A DNA stretch of 64,000 nucleotides from Alphaproteobacteria bacterium (GCA_965261735.1 OZ253470.1:640001-704000); one strand, 5' to 3'. Positions 43,452 through 54,139 are shown, counted from the first letter of the stretch. Notes: a model not told the origin generated them from the letters alone. Numbers and translations: made by a program.

Positions 43452-44618
43452 ATGAAAAAGTTCATTACGCTTTTGGTAGTTGGCTTGGCACTGCCTGCGG
43501 TGCTGCTCGCGAGCACCGCCGACGCGGCGGAGAAGGTCCTTCGTATCCCGTTCATGACGAACTTCACGGGTCCGAGCTCGCCCTTCAGCTTGAGGCTGTG
43601 GCGGGGCGGCGAGATGGCCATGAAAGACATCAACGCCGCGGGCGGCGTTCACGGCGGCTACAAGCTCGAGTTCTACAAGGTCGACACCCGGTCCGAGACC
43701 CAGACGGCCCTGACCGAGTATCGCCGCGCCTGTCGCGACCCGTCGATTCCGATGTTTTGGGCGAACGTGGGGTCCAAGGACGTCAACGCGCTCTACGCGG
43801 TCTCGAAGGACTGCAACATGGCGACGTTCGCCACGTCGTCGGGCGCGCATTGGGTCCACCCGGATCAAGGTAAGTGGATGTTCCGCTACCTGCCGGTGCC
43901 CGCGCTCGTGCAGCCTGTGCTTTTCAAAAAGCTGAAGGAGAAGTTCAACGTCAAGAGGGTCGCGATGGGGGTCGAGATCGACAACGATTTCGCCGTTTTC
44001 AACGCCAAGTCTGCACGCAAGTTCCTTGAAGAGCTGGACATGGAGATCGTCGTCAACGTCGATTCGAAGATGCATGAGACGAACTTCTCGGCTCAGGTGG
44101 CGGCGATACGCGGCGCGCGCGCCGACCTCATCATCCTCAGCCACAACTCCGACGCCGGCGGCCGGTTCGCGCGGCAGATTCGCGAGCGCGGCATCGATAC
44201 CCAGATCTCGGATACCGGGTACACCATCGGCAGCCGCGACTTCTGGAACAATTCGAAGGGGATGGGCATCGGCGCGATCACCTCGTCCATCTACAACCCC
44301 ACTGATCCACGCCCTATCGTCCAGGAGTGGGTCAAGCGTTGGCGCGCGGAGACTGGCAAGGATCAGGATCCCGATCCCTACGAGACGTCGACCTACGACG
44401 CGGTCAAGGTGTTGGCCAAGATCCTCGACAACGCCAAGTCGCTCGACCGCAAAGACATCGCGGACGCGTTCTTGACCATCAAGAACGTGGCGACCATCAG
44501 CGGCACGGTCTCGTTCCGGCCCCAGGACCTCCCCGACATCTACCGGTCCGAGCCGATCCTGGTGCAGATCGGTGAGAACGGCAGCTTGGTTCCGTGGCCC
44601 AAGATGGCCACCAACTAG
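43452..44618 (+). CDS. ABC substrate-binding protein, branched-chain amino acid (LivJ-like) family
   Basis: Signal peptide, DINAAGGVHG, ETNFSAQVAAIR, YDAVKVL. Confidence 0.9.
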   Translation: MKKFITLLVVGLALPAVLLASTADAAEKVLRIPFMTNFTGPSSPFSLRLWRGGEMAMKDINAAGGVHGGYKLEFYKVDTRSETQTALTEYRRACRDPSIPMFWANVGSKDVNALYAVSKDCNMATFATSSGAHWVHPDQGKWMFRYLPVPALVQPVLFKKLKEKFNVKRVAMGVEIDNDFAVFNAKSARKFLEELDMEIVVNVDSKMHETNFSAQVAAIRGARADLIILSHNSDAGGRFARQIRERGIDTQISDTGYTIGSRDFWNNSKGMGIGAITSSIYNPTDPRPIVQEWVKRWRAETGKDQDPDPYETSTYDAVKVLAKILDNAKSLDRKDIADAFLTIKNVATISGTVSFRPQDLPDIYRSEPILVQIGENGSLVPWPKMATN

Positions 44619-44662
44619 CGGGTCGGGGAAACTAGCCCGACCAAGCCGAACGCGTTTCGACT

Positions 44663-44694
44663 GGGCCCCGGCCAGAGCCGGGGCCCCTTTCTTT
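44663..44694 (+). terminator. Putative intrinsic terminator
   Basis: GC-rich hairpin GGGCCCCGGC-CAGA-GCCGGGG followed by CTTTCTTT. Confidence 0.5.
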
Positions 44695-44739
44695 AGGGAC
44701 TGGTGGTCCGTGCCGGGACAAGTTCGTTGGAGGACACCA

Positions 44740-45399
44740 ATGTGGAAACGAATGTTGGTGCTGGCGTGGCTTGCACTCGGGCTCACAGGCTGTGTGACGG
44801 ACGGCGGCGGGACCGTCAGCCAAAACCAGGTCTCGCTCCATGACGCGGCGTGTACACAGGCGGCAAAGAGCAGCTCGCCGTGGAACATCAAGAATCTCTA
44901 TAGCTGCGAGGAACGATCCCTCTTTATTCCCTACCAGCTCTGGACCGGAGGCGACTGGGACGGCAACAGAGATGCACCTTGCATGCATCCGGCCCGCTCT
45001 CTCTTCTACGTGAACGGTAGCAGCAGCACGACCATCAGGGGTCCCAAGCGATGGGAGAATCCGTCGAGCGGCGAGGCCCACATCGTGTGGGAGAGGGTGA
45101 AGACGGACGGCTCGAAAACCCAACGGTTCGTGTGCGATGGCATGGGGATAGGCCGCGTGTACGATAGCCGCGGCCCCAGGTACTACAGTGCGGGAAGATG
45201 CAAGTTCCCCGCGGGTTACGGTTGGAGGATGTCAGAGCGCCGCCACTGCAGAGACACATCGATCGAAATCACGTCGGTGTCCCTCGACGACAGCAACAAC
45301 CTCCGCTCCCTGACGTTTAAATGGTGGTATGGGTCAACTCTCGATCACATCTACCGGTACAAACCCAACACAGGCATGGTCAATGCCTGGCCGCAGTAG
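44740..45399 (+). CDS. Hypothetical Cys-rich lipoprotein
   Basis: GGAGG RBS, lipobox LTGC, several cysteines. Confidence 0.7.
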   Translation: MWKRMLVLAWLALGLTGCVTDGGGTVSQNQVSLHDAACTQAAKSSSPWNIKNLYSCEERSLFIPYQLWTGGDWDGNRDAPCMHPARSLFYVNGSSSTTIRGPKRWENPSSGEAHIVWERVKTDGSKTQRFVCDGMGIGRVYDSRGPRYYSAGRCKFPAGYGWRMSERRHCRDTSIEITSVSLDDSNNLRSLTFKWWYGSTLDHIYRYKPNTGMVNAWPQ

Positions 45400-45438
45400 A
45401 GCGTTCCTGCCTAGCCGCCACGTATCGCGAGCCTATCG

Positions 45439-46647
45439 ATGAGCGCTTCCGATCGGATACTGATCGCCGGCGCCGGGCCCGTCGGCTACGCGGCCGCGCT
45501 CAACCTGGCGACCCGCGGTATTCCGTTCATCCTCTTCGAGTCGGGGCCCGACATATTCAAGGACCCGCGCGCCGGCACCATCCATCCGCCGTCGGTGGAG
45601 ATGTTCGACCAACTCGGCATCGCCAAGACGCTCATCGAGCGCGGCTACATCGTCTCCCGCTACCACTATCGCGACCGCAAACAGGGCCTCATCGCCGATT
45701 TCGATCTTGGACTGCTCGCCGAGGACACACCCTTCCCCTTCCGGCTGATGCTCGAGCAGCACAAGGTCTCCGCGATCATTCACGCCAAGCTCGGCGAATC
45801 CGCAAGCCACCGGATATTGCGCAACCACCGCGTTGTCGACGTTCGCCAGGACGATGGCGGGGTTGTCGCGACGGTGGAGACGCCCGACGGCGTCGAGACC
45901 TTCGACGGCAGGTACATGATCGGCTGCGATGGTGGCCGCAGCCAAGTGCGAAAATGCATGTCGGTCGCCTTTGATGGATTCACCTACCCCGAGCGTTTCC
46001 TCATCGTCACGACACCGTACGACTTCGAAAAAGTCGGCTACGCGCAAACCAACTATGTCGCCGACCCCGAGGAGTGGTGCGCGCTGTTCAAGGTGCCCGG
46101 TGCCGACGATTCCGGAATCTGGCGGGTGGTTTTTCCGACCAACCCCGGGCTCCCCGAGGCGAACGTGCTCGACGATCTATCGATCGAGCGCCGCCTCCAA
46201 GGGTTCAACCCGAAGAACGGGCTTTACGATGTGGTCCATCGCAACCTCTATGAGGTCCATCAACGGGTGGCGAGTTCCTATCGGGACCGCCGCGTCCTGC
46301 TCGCCGGGGACGCCGCGCACATCAACAATCCGCTCGGCGGCATGGGCATGAACTTCGGTTTCCACGACGCCTTCAACTTGACCGAGAAGCTTGCCAGGAT
46401 CTGGTCCGGTGAGGCCGACGAGGACCTGTTGGACCTCTATGACCGGCAGCGGCGGACCGTCGCCGTGGAGTTTCTCCAACGGCAAACCATCGACAACAAG
46501 AAGAACATGGAACAGCGCGATGCGGCTGCCCGCGAACGCTTCCACGACGAGCTACGGGCCATCGTCGCCGACAAGGGCCGGCAGCGTGCCTACCTGCGGC
46601 GCGTCGCCATGATCGAAGGGGTCGAGCGCGCCGCGTCGATCGGTTAG
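45439..46647 (+). CDS. FAD-dependent monooxygenase (aromatic hydroxylase family)
   Basis: GAGPVG, IGCDGGRS, LAGDAAHINNPLGGMGMN. Confidence 0.92.
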   Translation: MSASDRILIAGAGPVGYAAALNLATRGIPFILFESGPDIFKDPRAGTIHPPSVEMFDQLGIAKTLIERGYIVSRYHYRDRKQGLIADFDLGLLAEDTPFPFRLMLEQHKVSAIIHAKLGESASHRILRNHRVVDVRQDDGGVVATVETPDGVETFDGRYMIGCDGGRSQVRKCMSVAFDGFTYPERFLIVTTPYDFEKVGYAQTNYVADPEEWCALFKVPGADDSGIWRVVFPTNPGLPEANVLDDLSIERRLQGFNPKNGLYDVVHRNLYEVHQRVASSYRDRRVLLAGDAAHINNPLGGMGMNFGFHDAFNLTEKLARIWSGEADEDLLDLYDRQRRTVAVEFLQRQTIDNKKNMEQRDAAARERFHDELRAIVADKGRQRAYLRRVAMIEGVERAASIG

Positions 46648-46660
46648 GGCTCGATCGGGC

Positions 46661-47413
46661 TTAGTGCGCCGCCAGCAGCAACCCGTAATTCGGGAACTGG
46701 TCCGCGATGTCGGCCGCTCGGAGTGCCGCCCAGAACGTGGCCTGATTGCCGGTGATCACCGGCTTGCCGATCTCCGCCTCAAAGCGCGGTATCAGCCCGA
46801 GCACCGGAAAGTCGGTGCACGATATCATCATCACGTCCGCCTCGGCGCGATCGGCCGAGAGGACATGATCGTGGATTCGCGCCGGCGGGGTCTTGGCGAT
46901 CTGCGGTATTTCGCTGGCGTCCTTTTCGCCGATGCCCAACCCCTCGAGGCTCACGAGTTCGAAGCCGAGGCTCTCGAAGAAATCTCGTTCGTGGGCATTG
47001 ACGGTCTTGCCGTAGGGCGTCGCCGCCGCGACCCGCTTGGCGCCGAGTAGGGTGAGGGCGTTCACCAGCGAGGCCGCGGTCGTGACGCAGCGTATCCCCG
47101 ACAGCCGTTCCATGAAGTCGCTCAATTGGGTGGTCGGCAGAACCATGGAGCCGGCCGTGCAGCCGTAGGCGATGCAGTCGAGCCCGGCCTGCGCGAGGTC
47201 GGCGGTCGCCTTTTCGATGTCGGCGTAGAGGGCCCGCCTGCCGGCCTCGCTGCTGGTGTCCGCGTGGAGCGGCATCCGGGTCGTATGGATGGTGACGCCC
47301 TGGGGCGCCATCGCCTGCCATTCGGCCTCGTTCACGGTGTTGGTCGGCGGGACGATGAGGCCGATCTTGGCGCGCCACCCGTAGGTCGTCGGATGCCGCC
47401 TCTCGGCAGGCAC
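46661..47413 (-). CDS. Maleate cis-trans isomerase / Asp-Glu racemase / arylmalonate decarboxylase family
   Basis: IGLIVPPTNTVNE, YGCTAGS, ATPY, ISCTDFP, KPVITGNQA. Confidence 0.88.
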   Translation of the reverse strand: MPAERRHPTTYGWRAKIGLIVPPTNTVNEAEWQAMAPQGVTIHTTRMPLHADTSSEAGRRALYADIEKATADLAQAGLDCIAYGCTAGSMVLPTTQLSDFMERLSGIRCVTTAASLVNALTLLGAKRVAAATPYGKTVNAHERDFFESLGFELVSLEGLGIGEKDASEIPQIAKTPPARIHDHVLSADRAEADVMMISCTDFPVLGLIPRFEAEIGKPVITGNQATFWAALRAADIADQFPNYGLLLAAH

Positions 47414-48078
47414 TACGCGCGCCTGGCCCGATGGCCGGCCGCTTCGGTGGGCGGGCAAAGCTCGCGGATTTGCGCGCACACCTCGTCCAGGGCCATGACG
47501 TCGGCGTATTTCTGGTCCATATCGAACAGGCTAGCGTCGTGCGGCGCCAAAGCGCGGTCGCCGACGCACTCGCGCGGCACGATGGGGCGAAACCCGTAGC
47601 TCACCGCATCGACGACGGTTGCCCTGACGCATCCGCTCGTGGTGCATCCGGTAACGATTGCCGTGTCCACCCCCCGGTGGGCGAGCCATGCCGAGAGGTC
47701 GGTGCTGAAGAAGCCCGAGGCGTAACGCTTCTCGATGAGGCGCTCGCCCGCGCGCGGCGCGAGCGCGTCCACGACCTGCGCGCTGTGGCCGCCGGGATGA
47801 ATGCTCCTGAGCCCCGGCACTTTCATGGTGAACGCGCCGTCCTCGCTGCCGTCGGCGGCGTAGACGTTCGTCGTGAAGACGACCGGGATCGCATGATCGC
47901 GCGCCAGCGCGAGGAGCCCGACCGTGTGGTCGATCGCCGATTGGATGTTGCCGCCGCCAAACAGCGCGGCGTCGTTGAAGGCGTTGATGAAATCGATCAC
48001 CAGTAGGGCCGGGGCGCGCCCAAACCCGAGGCGAGCGCCGAAACCCTGCCGCTCGTAGATATGCGTGTCGTCGGACAA
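47413..48078 (-). CDS. Isochorismatase-family cysteine hydrolase (maleamate amidohydrolase / N-carbamoylsarcosine amidase-like)
   Basis: ALLVIDF, EKRYASGF, GCTTSGCVRATVVDA, DMDQKYADV. Confidence 0.88.
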   Translation of the reverse strand: MSDDTHIYERQGFGARLGFGRAPALLVIDFINAFNDAALFGGGNIQSAIDHTVGLLALARDHAIPVVFTTNVYAADGSEDGAFTMKVPGLRSIHPGGHSAQVVDALAPRAGERLIEKRYASGFFSTDLSAWLAHRGVDTAIVTGCTTSGCVRATVVDAVSYGFRPIVPRECVGDRALAPHDASLFDMDQKYADVMALDEVCAQIRELCPPTEAAGHRARRA

Positions 48079-48097
48079 GGCGATCTACCCTCTGATC

Positions 48098-48847
48098 CTA
48101 GTGCTCGAGCGGTAGCGAGCCGTAGCCGTCGAACCTGTCGTCCATGCCGTTTTGCCGCAGCGCGTACCAGAAGGTCGCCGTGTTGATCGCCAGCACCAGC
48201 TTACCCAACTCCCGCTCCTTCTCGGCCGCGACCTTGGCCATCGACAGGTTGGTGCCGCACTGCACGATCGCATCGACGTCATCGCCGTCGAGCTCATCGA
48301 TGGTGTTGCGCAGCTCGTCGGGCGTCACGTGGGCGATCACGACGGGCCCGCCGCACTTCAAGCCCTTCAGTCGGACGATTTCGTAGCCATAGTCGGCGAA
48401 GAAGCCGCGCACCTGTTCGTCGCCCGGCGGCATATAGGGGGTGATGACGGCGATGCGCTTGACCTCGGGGTAGCATTGGAGCGCCGCGATACAGGCCTCC
48501 GATCCCATGGCCACGTTCAGGCCACCGGCGCGCTCCACGAAGCGCTGGCGCATCGCGGCGGCGCCCGTCTTGCCGTCCCAGAACGTCTCGCCGGATACGC
48601 CGAGAACGATCGAGTCGGGCTCGCAGGTGAGGACCGGATCGATCGCCGGCAGCAGCGCTTCGCGGATGAGGGTGATCATCTCGAGGAAGCTCGCGTCGTC
48701 GGTGACCGACATGTTGGGGATGAGCGCGCGCGAAAAGTGGTTCGTCACCCCATCGGGCCGCATGCCCTCGAAGTCAGGCTGGACGATTGTGTTGGTGGAG
48801 GGTGCGACGACGCCGAACTTGTGGCGCCAACCCAATGCGTCGGCCAT
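48098..48847 (-). CDS. Second maleate isomerase / arylmalonate decarboxylase-family protein
   Basis: PSTNTIVQPD, GVSGETFW, ITPY, QCGTNL, AINTAT; only one apparent catalytic Cys region. Confidence 0.8.
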   Translation of the reverse strand: MADALGWRHKFGVVAPSTNTIVQPDFEGMRPDGVTNHFSRALIPNMSVTDDASFLEMITLIREALLPAIDPVLTCEPDSIVLGVSGETFWDGKTGAAAMRQRFVERAGGLNVAMGSEACIAALQCYPEVKRIAVITPYMPPGDEQVRGFFADYGYEIVRLKGLKCGGPVVIAHVTPDELRNTIDELDGDDVDAIVQCGTNLSMAKVAAEKERELGKLVLAINTATFWYALRQNGMDDRFDGYGSLPLEH

Positions 48848-48871
48848 GTCGCGCTCCTCGACGAGGGGGTG

Positions 48872-49531
48872 TCAGGCGTCCGCCGCCTCTTTGATCCCGG
48901 CGCTGGTCTGAGCGGATACGGGGTAGGGGAAGGCCATGGTGAAGACGCTGTCGACCACCGTGTAGTCCTGGTAGCCCATGCGCGCGACAGGCCGAAACTT
49001 CGACATGTCGACCAGCCCGTCGGTCATCACGTCGTCGCTGATATGGACCCCGATGACTTCCCCGAACACGATGAAGTTGCGAAATTCGGGGCGATCGCTG
49101 AGTAGCTCTACGGTGCGAATATGTCGGCACTCGAGGTGTGTCGGCGACCCCTTGACCCGCGGCGGTTTGACCAGCACCGAGGGCTCCATTTCGAGACCCG
49201 CCATCGCCGCCTCGTCGACCGAGCTCGGGACGTGTCGCGCCGTTTCGTTCATCCGCTCGCGTAGTTCCCAGGTCACCATGTTGGCGACGAACTCCCCGGT
49301 TTCCTCAACGTTGGACATGGAGTCCTTGTAGCGGCCGTCGCCGTATCCCGTCGAGTTGTGGAACAGCACTTGTGGCGGTTCGGTTCCGCAGCCGTTGAAG
49401 AAGCTGAACGGGGCCAGATTGACGACGCCGGCGGCACTCAGGCTCGATATCCATCCGATCGGCCGCGGGACGACGAGGCTCTTGAACGGATCGTGCGGCA
49501 GTCCATGGCCCTTGCTGACCTCGTAAAACAT
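48872..49531 (-). CDS. Flavin reductase (DIM6/NTAB) family protein
   Basis: VVPRPIGWISS, NLAPFSFFN, KDSMSNVEETGEFV, ARMGY. Confidence 0.9.
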   Translation of the reverse strand: MFYEVSKGHGLPHDPFKSLVVPRPIGWISSLSAAGVVNLAPFSFFNGCGTEPPQVLFHNSTGYGDGRYKDSMSNVEETGEFVANMVTWELRERMNETARHVPSSVDEAAMAGLEMEPSVLVKPPRVKGSPTHLECRHIRTVELLSDRPEFRNFIVFGEVIGVHISDDVMTDGLVDMSKFRPVARMGYQDYTVVDSVFTMAFPYPVSAQTSAGIKEAADA

Positions 49532-49628
49532 GGACATCTCCTCCACGGCTTACAGCCGGCGACGCGCCGACTGTAAGCAGAGAAGGCGCGGCCGTCCAGC
49601 CGCAACATCGGGCGCGATCGGCGCCGAG

Positions 49629-49976
49629 CTACTCGGCAACGATATCGAGGCCCGCGACCATCGAGGGATGGAACTGGCAGAAATAACTCTTGAAGGTGTC
49701 GACTTCGACCACGGTCTCCCAGGAGCCGCCCGCCTTGATCTGGCCTGAGTCCCAGCTGCCGTCCTCGGCCGAAACGGTGTGCGACACGATGTCCCTGTTC
49801 ATCCAGACGATCACGTCGCCCGGCTTAACGACCGGGGTTTCCGGGCGGAACTCGAAGCCCTCGATGTCGACCACGAAACGTGTACCCGTCGCGGCCTCGC
49901 CTTCGAGCAGAAAGGAAAAGGAGATCGTGGCGACGAGCGCCGCCACGATCAGTTTGACGAAAGTTTTCTTTTGCAT
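49629..49976 (-). CDS. Small blue-copper protein (amicyanin/plastocyanin-like)
   Basis: Signal peptide, HTV, YFCQFHPSM type-1 Cu ligands. Confidence 0.88.
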   Translation of the reverse strand: MQKKTFVKLIVAALVATISFSFLLEGEAATGTRFVVDIEGFEFRPETPVVKPGDVIVWMNRDIVSHTVSAEDGSWDSGQIKAGGSWETVVEVDTFKSYFCQFHPSMVAGLDIVAE

Positions 49977-49986
49977 GGGAGGGGGC

Positions 49987-50517
49987 CTAGTGGGTCAGGG
50001 TATCGACCATACGAACGGCATGCCGCTCGTGGGCCTTGAAGATCTGGAGCGCCTGTTGGAAGAGCGCCTTCACTTCCTGGTTCTCGATGTTGGGGATGAA
50101 GGTGAACTCGACCAGGGCATTAACGGCCTTGTGGTAGCCGAGTTCGTTCTCGGCGTAGCGGCGATCGAAGGCATCGCCACTCAGCTGCTTCATTTCGTCG
50201 ACCAGCTGCTCCGACTGCTCGATGAGCTGCTGGCTCAGGAAGTTATCCTGCGCCGTGGCGCCGAGCTTCTTGAGCAGGGCCAAAGCCATCTCATTCACGG
50301 CTTCGTGGTCCCGGACCATGGTCTTGGCGAACGCACGCACGGCCGGATTGTTGGTGATACCCAGCGCCAGGTGGGCATAGCGGATATCGATCAAATCCGC
50401 CGTGTAGGCGGCGTGAGCGATTTGTAGGTCGTTGAGGTCGGCCGCCTTCTCTGCGTGAGCGTTGGCCGAGAAAGTCACGAGCAGCGCCAGAGACGCCATC
50501 ATTACATGTTTGAGCAT
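49987..50517 (-). CDS. DUF4142 (ferritin-like) secreted protein
   Basis: VRAFAKTMVRDH, LSGDAFDRRY, H...A pattern. Confidence 0.8.
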   Translation of the reverse strand: MLKHVMMASLALLVTFSANAHAEKAADLNDLQIAHAAYTADLIDIRYAHLALGITNNPAVRAFAKTMVRDHEAVNEMALALLKKLGATAQDNFLSQQLIEQSEQLVDEMKQLSGDAFDRRYAENELGYHKAVNALVEFTFIPNIENQEVKALFQQALQIFKAHERHAVRMVDTLTH

Positions 50518-50522
50518 GGTTC

Positions 50523-51627
50523 CTTGCCTATCCGGTTAACGCCCATGACCGCTACATGTAGGGTGCCGCCACTCTCCCGAGTAAAGCTCGGCATAGGTTG
50601 GAGCAGAGGTGTCGCCCGCGATGCCGAGCAATGAGCGGAAGGCGTTGAACGGGTAGAACCGCCTGTTGAAGCGGAAGGTGAACTCGTTGAGGTAGGCTTG
50701 TAGGTGCTGGTGGCTAACGCCGTGGTGGATACCGATCAGCCACGTCTTCAGGTTGGCGAAAACCAGATGGATGATCGGCAGGTATTGCTCGGCAACCTCT
50801 GGATCACCACACTCGGCAACAGCGAAGTGCTCATAGCCGCGCTTACCGAGGCCAGCATAGCCGCTCCAATCGTCAGTAACGATCAGCGATCGCGGCGCGA
50901 CGGTGCTCTCGACGAACCCACAGAGCGACTCGGCGCTACGGTCGAGCACGACGGCGAGCCGAACGCGTCCGGCATAGCGTCCGTCTTTCCGGTTGTCGAG
51001 CTTGGTGCCCGGCTTTCGATGACGCACCTCGATGGCACAGGAGACGGGAACCTTGTGGTGAACACCACGGCCTTCCCCACGCGTTCGCCCGCCAACCCAG
51101 GTTTCGTCCACCTCAACATGGTTCTTGGGCTGTCCACCGATCCTGTCTTGGTTGGGCCGCACCATGCCCGAGCGGAGCTTGTGGAGAATTTGAAAGGCCG
51201 TCTCGTAGCGCGAAAGACCAAGTTGCCGCTGAAACTGCACGGCGGACATGCCGGGCGTCTGACTGGCGACCAGATAAGCGGCCCAGAACCAGACGTTCAG
51301 CGGAGTGTGGCTACGCTCCATCACTGTTCCCACCGTCAGCCCGGTGTTCTGGCGGCACTTGCGGCAGCGCAGGACGCCAGGGCGGTTTTCAAAGTGGAAC
51401 GGCTCTCCCGCCGTGCCGCAGTGCGGGCAGGCAAAGCCGTCTCCCCAGCGGGCTTTCTCCAGGTAGGCGGCGCAGGCCGCATCATCGGGGAAAAGTCGCT
51501 GGAACTCGGGTAGCGAATGCGGGAATGGGAGATCGGCGCGGTCGAGAACATCCATGGCGCGCTCCCCTATATCCGGGTTGCGCCCATTCTAGCCCTAGTG
51601 GGTGTGGGTGTCAACCGGATAGGCAAG
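50523..51627 (-). mobile_element. IS1595 full-length copy with intact transposase 50536-51555, no TSD
   Basis: 1105 bp, same sequence as 39601-40705; flanks CATGGTTC and AATCTTTC differ. Confidence 0.96.
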
Positions 51628-52858
51628 AATCTTTCTGGGTTCTTACTTGACAAAATAGGCCTGAATGCAAAACGAATACTTCGAAGCAAAACTAAGGGAA
51701 CGACACAGAGCCTAAGCTTCAGAAACCTCGCACGCTTGGTCATAGTTCAAGAGGGAGAAATTCAACAGACAGGCTCCCCGTTCTGGGGCGGACAGTATAC
51801 ATTAAAGACGGCCGAAATGGCTGCTATCAAGCTCCTCCTTACTGGTGTAGATGATTCCGCCATAGTGTCGACCGACCACGTCGGTCAGGACAGAACCACA
51901 CAGATCGCATTAATCGATGAGTTGCTTGAAGATATTCGGACAGAGTTGTCTGACGTCGGCGAGGAGAGGGAAGACCTTGAGGAGCAACTCCATCAACTCA
52001 ACTCATCGATCGAAGAACGACGGGAAAGCCTAGAGGCGGCCCAGCGGGAGCTTGACGCTGTCCTAACGCAACGGCGCGAACTGGTAAAACACCGCACATC
52101 CACCCAAAATCGCATCGATGAGATCTCCGACCACCTCATACGTTTCGACCTATTGCTGAAGCACTATAGTGTGGATGAGGAGCGGCTACGCGCGATTCTC
52201 GAAAGTGGATCGACATTTGCCCACGTGGAGGCCGTCCCCTGCCCCTTATGCGGTGCACCACCAGACGCACAGCGGCACGAGGAGGCCTGCGACGGGGACG
52301 TCGGTGCTATCGTTCAGGCCGCTAAGGCGGAGATTGAAAAGATTGAAAGGCTAAGGCAGGAACTGCAAACAACAGTTGAGGAGCTTCGACACGAGTCCAC
52401 AGCGCTCGAAGATACTCTTTCAGACGAGAATGAACATATTGAACGCGTAAGTGCAGAAATTCAGGAAACCGTCGCTCCGAACGTCACGGAAGAGCGCTTT
52501 TCTTTTTCAAAGATGGTTGAGCTACGGGCGAGTGTTCAGACGGCGCTTGGTATTTTTGCTCGGGAGGAAAGCTTGGAGGCACGAAAAAGGGGTTTGGAAC
52601 AGGAAGACCAGGACGATGAGCCACAAGGATCAATCGCAACTGGCCTTCCAGACTCTGTTGCACTTCAGTTTTCCCTGAAAGTGTCAAGTTTGTTGAGGGA
52701 GTGGGATTTTCCGGGCGACTGCATTGTGCACTTTGACAAGGAAACGACAGATTTCGTGATTGACGGAAAGCCTCGTGCCAGTCGTGGCAAAGGACTTCGA
52801 GCGATTACCCACGCGGCAGTCACAATATCCCTCCTAGAATACTGCCAGGAACACGACC
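51628..52858 (+). pseudogene. Internal fragment of an SMC/Rad50-like ABC ATPase of ABC-three-component (Lamassu-like) defence systems
   Basis: LSFRNL, LLLTGVDDS, long coiled coil with CPLC hook, GKGLRAITHAA signature; both termini missing. Confidence 0.7.
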
Positions 52859-53115
52859 TGGACGCCAGGGCGGTTTTCAAAGTGGAACGGCTCTCCCGCC
52901 GTGCCGCAGTGCGGGCAGGCAAAGCCGTCTCCCCAGCGGGCTTTCTCCAGGTAGGCGGCGCAGGCCGTATCATCGGGGAAAAGTCGCTGGAACTCGGGTA
53001 GCGAATGCGGGAATGGGAGATCGGCGCGGTCGAGAACATCCATGGTGCGCTCCCCTATATCCGGGTTGCGCCCATTCTAGCCCTAGTAGGTGTGGGTGTA
53101 AACCGGATAGGCAAG
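52859..53115 (-). mobile_element. IS1595 left-end fragment
   Basis: Matches the first ~257 bp of the element; end AACCGGATAGGCAAG. Confidence 0.92.
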
Positions 53116-53914
53116 GTTCGAGGTTCGGCTTCATGCGAGCGGCGGGTACCGTCCAGGTGGCTGCGTCCATATCGATTTCGCTCCAAGCGGTACCCCGCGC
53201 CTCGCCGCTCCGCACGGCCGTTAGGATCAGAAACTCAAGACACCACTTGGCCGCCAGGGACGCTTGCGATCGTCGTATCGCCTCGACCAGCCCGCCGACT
53301 TCCCGATAGGGCAACGCCCGCAGGTGGTTCTTGACCTTCGGCATCGTCGGCAGCGCGCCGTCAATGGCTTCGCCCGCCGCGTTGTGTTCGACGAAGCGAT
53401 GAGCCTGTGCCCACTTGAGGATGGTGCGGATACGTTGGCGAACCCGGCGCGCAGTCTCCGGCGTGGTCCCCCAGATCGGCGTCAGGACGCGAAGCACGTC
53501 CTTCTGGTCGATGGTATCCACCGGCATATTGCCGAGGACCGGGTATGCGTGGCGTTCGAGAGACTGACGCCAGGTCACCGTGTGCTTGCCGTTGCGCCAG
53601 CGTGGGCGGTTCGCTTCGAAGACCTGTTCGGCCGCCCCGCGAAAGGTCGGCACGTTGACCCGGCGCTTCTCGGCGAGTGGATCGCCGCCCGACGCGATCA
53701 GCGCACGGTTGCGCGCCGCCGCCTCGCGCGCCTGGGCGAGCCCCACATCGGGGAAGCGCCCGAGGCCGATATCGCGCCGCCGCCGCCCGTACTTGATGCG
53801 CTGTATCCAGGAGCGCGCGTCACCACGTCCGATCTTCAGATAGAGCCCGACGCCGTCGCCATACATGCCCGGCGCCTTGAGCGTCCGCAACCGCGTCGCC
53901 GTCAGCTTTCCCAT
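53116..53914 (-). pseudogene. P4-type tyrosine integrase, C-terminus removed by IS1595
   Basis: Arm-binding DGVGLYL...GLGRFPDVGLAQAR; ILTAVRSGEARG; WTVPAARMK; HxxR and catalytic Tyr missing. Confidence 0.92.
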
Positions 53915-54063
53915 CGCGCCATCCCCTCACTCCCAACATATATCCCCACACGGATGTTGAGAAGATAGGAGAATGCACGGGAAGATTCAAGAACGAATAT
54001 CGCGGTAATTCAGGATCTTAAGAGAATTCCCCGGGAACCTAAGGAATACCCGGGGAGGAGGGT

Positions 54064-54139
<76 letters not shown>

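Noticed and set aside
51517-53001. 494-aa ORF as a novel fusion protein
   Set aside because: Both termini derive from antisense IS1595 sequence flanking the ATPase fragment
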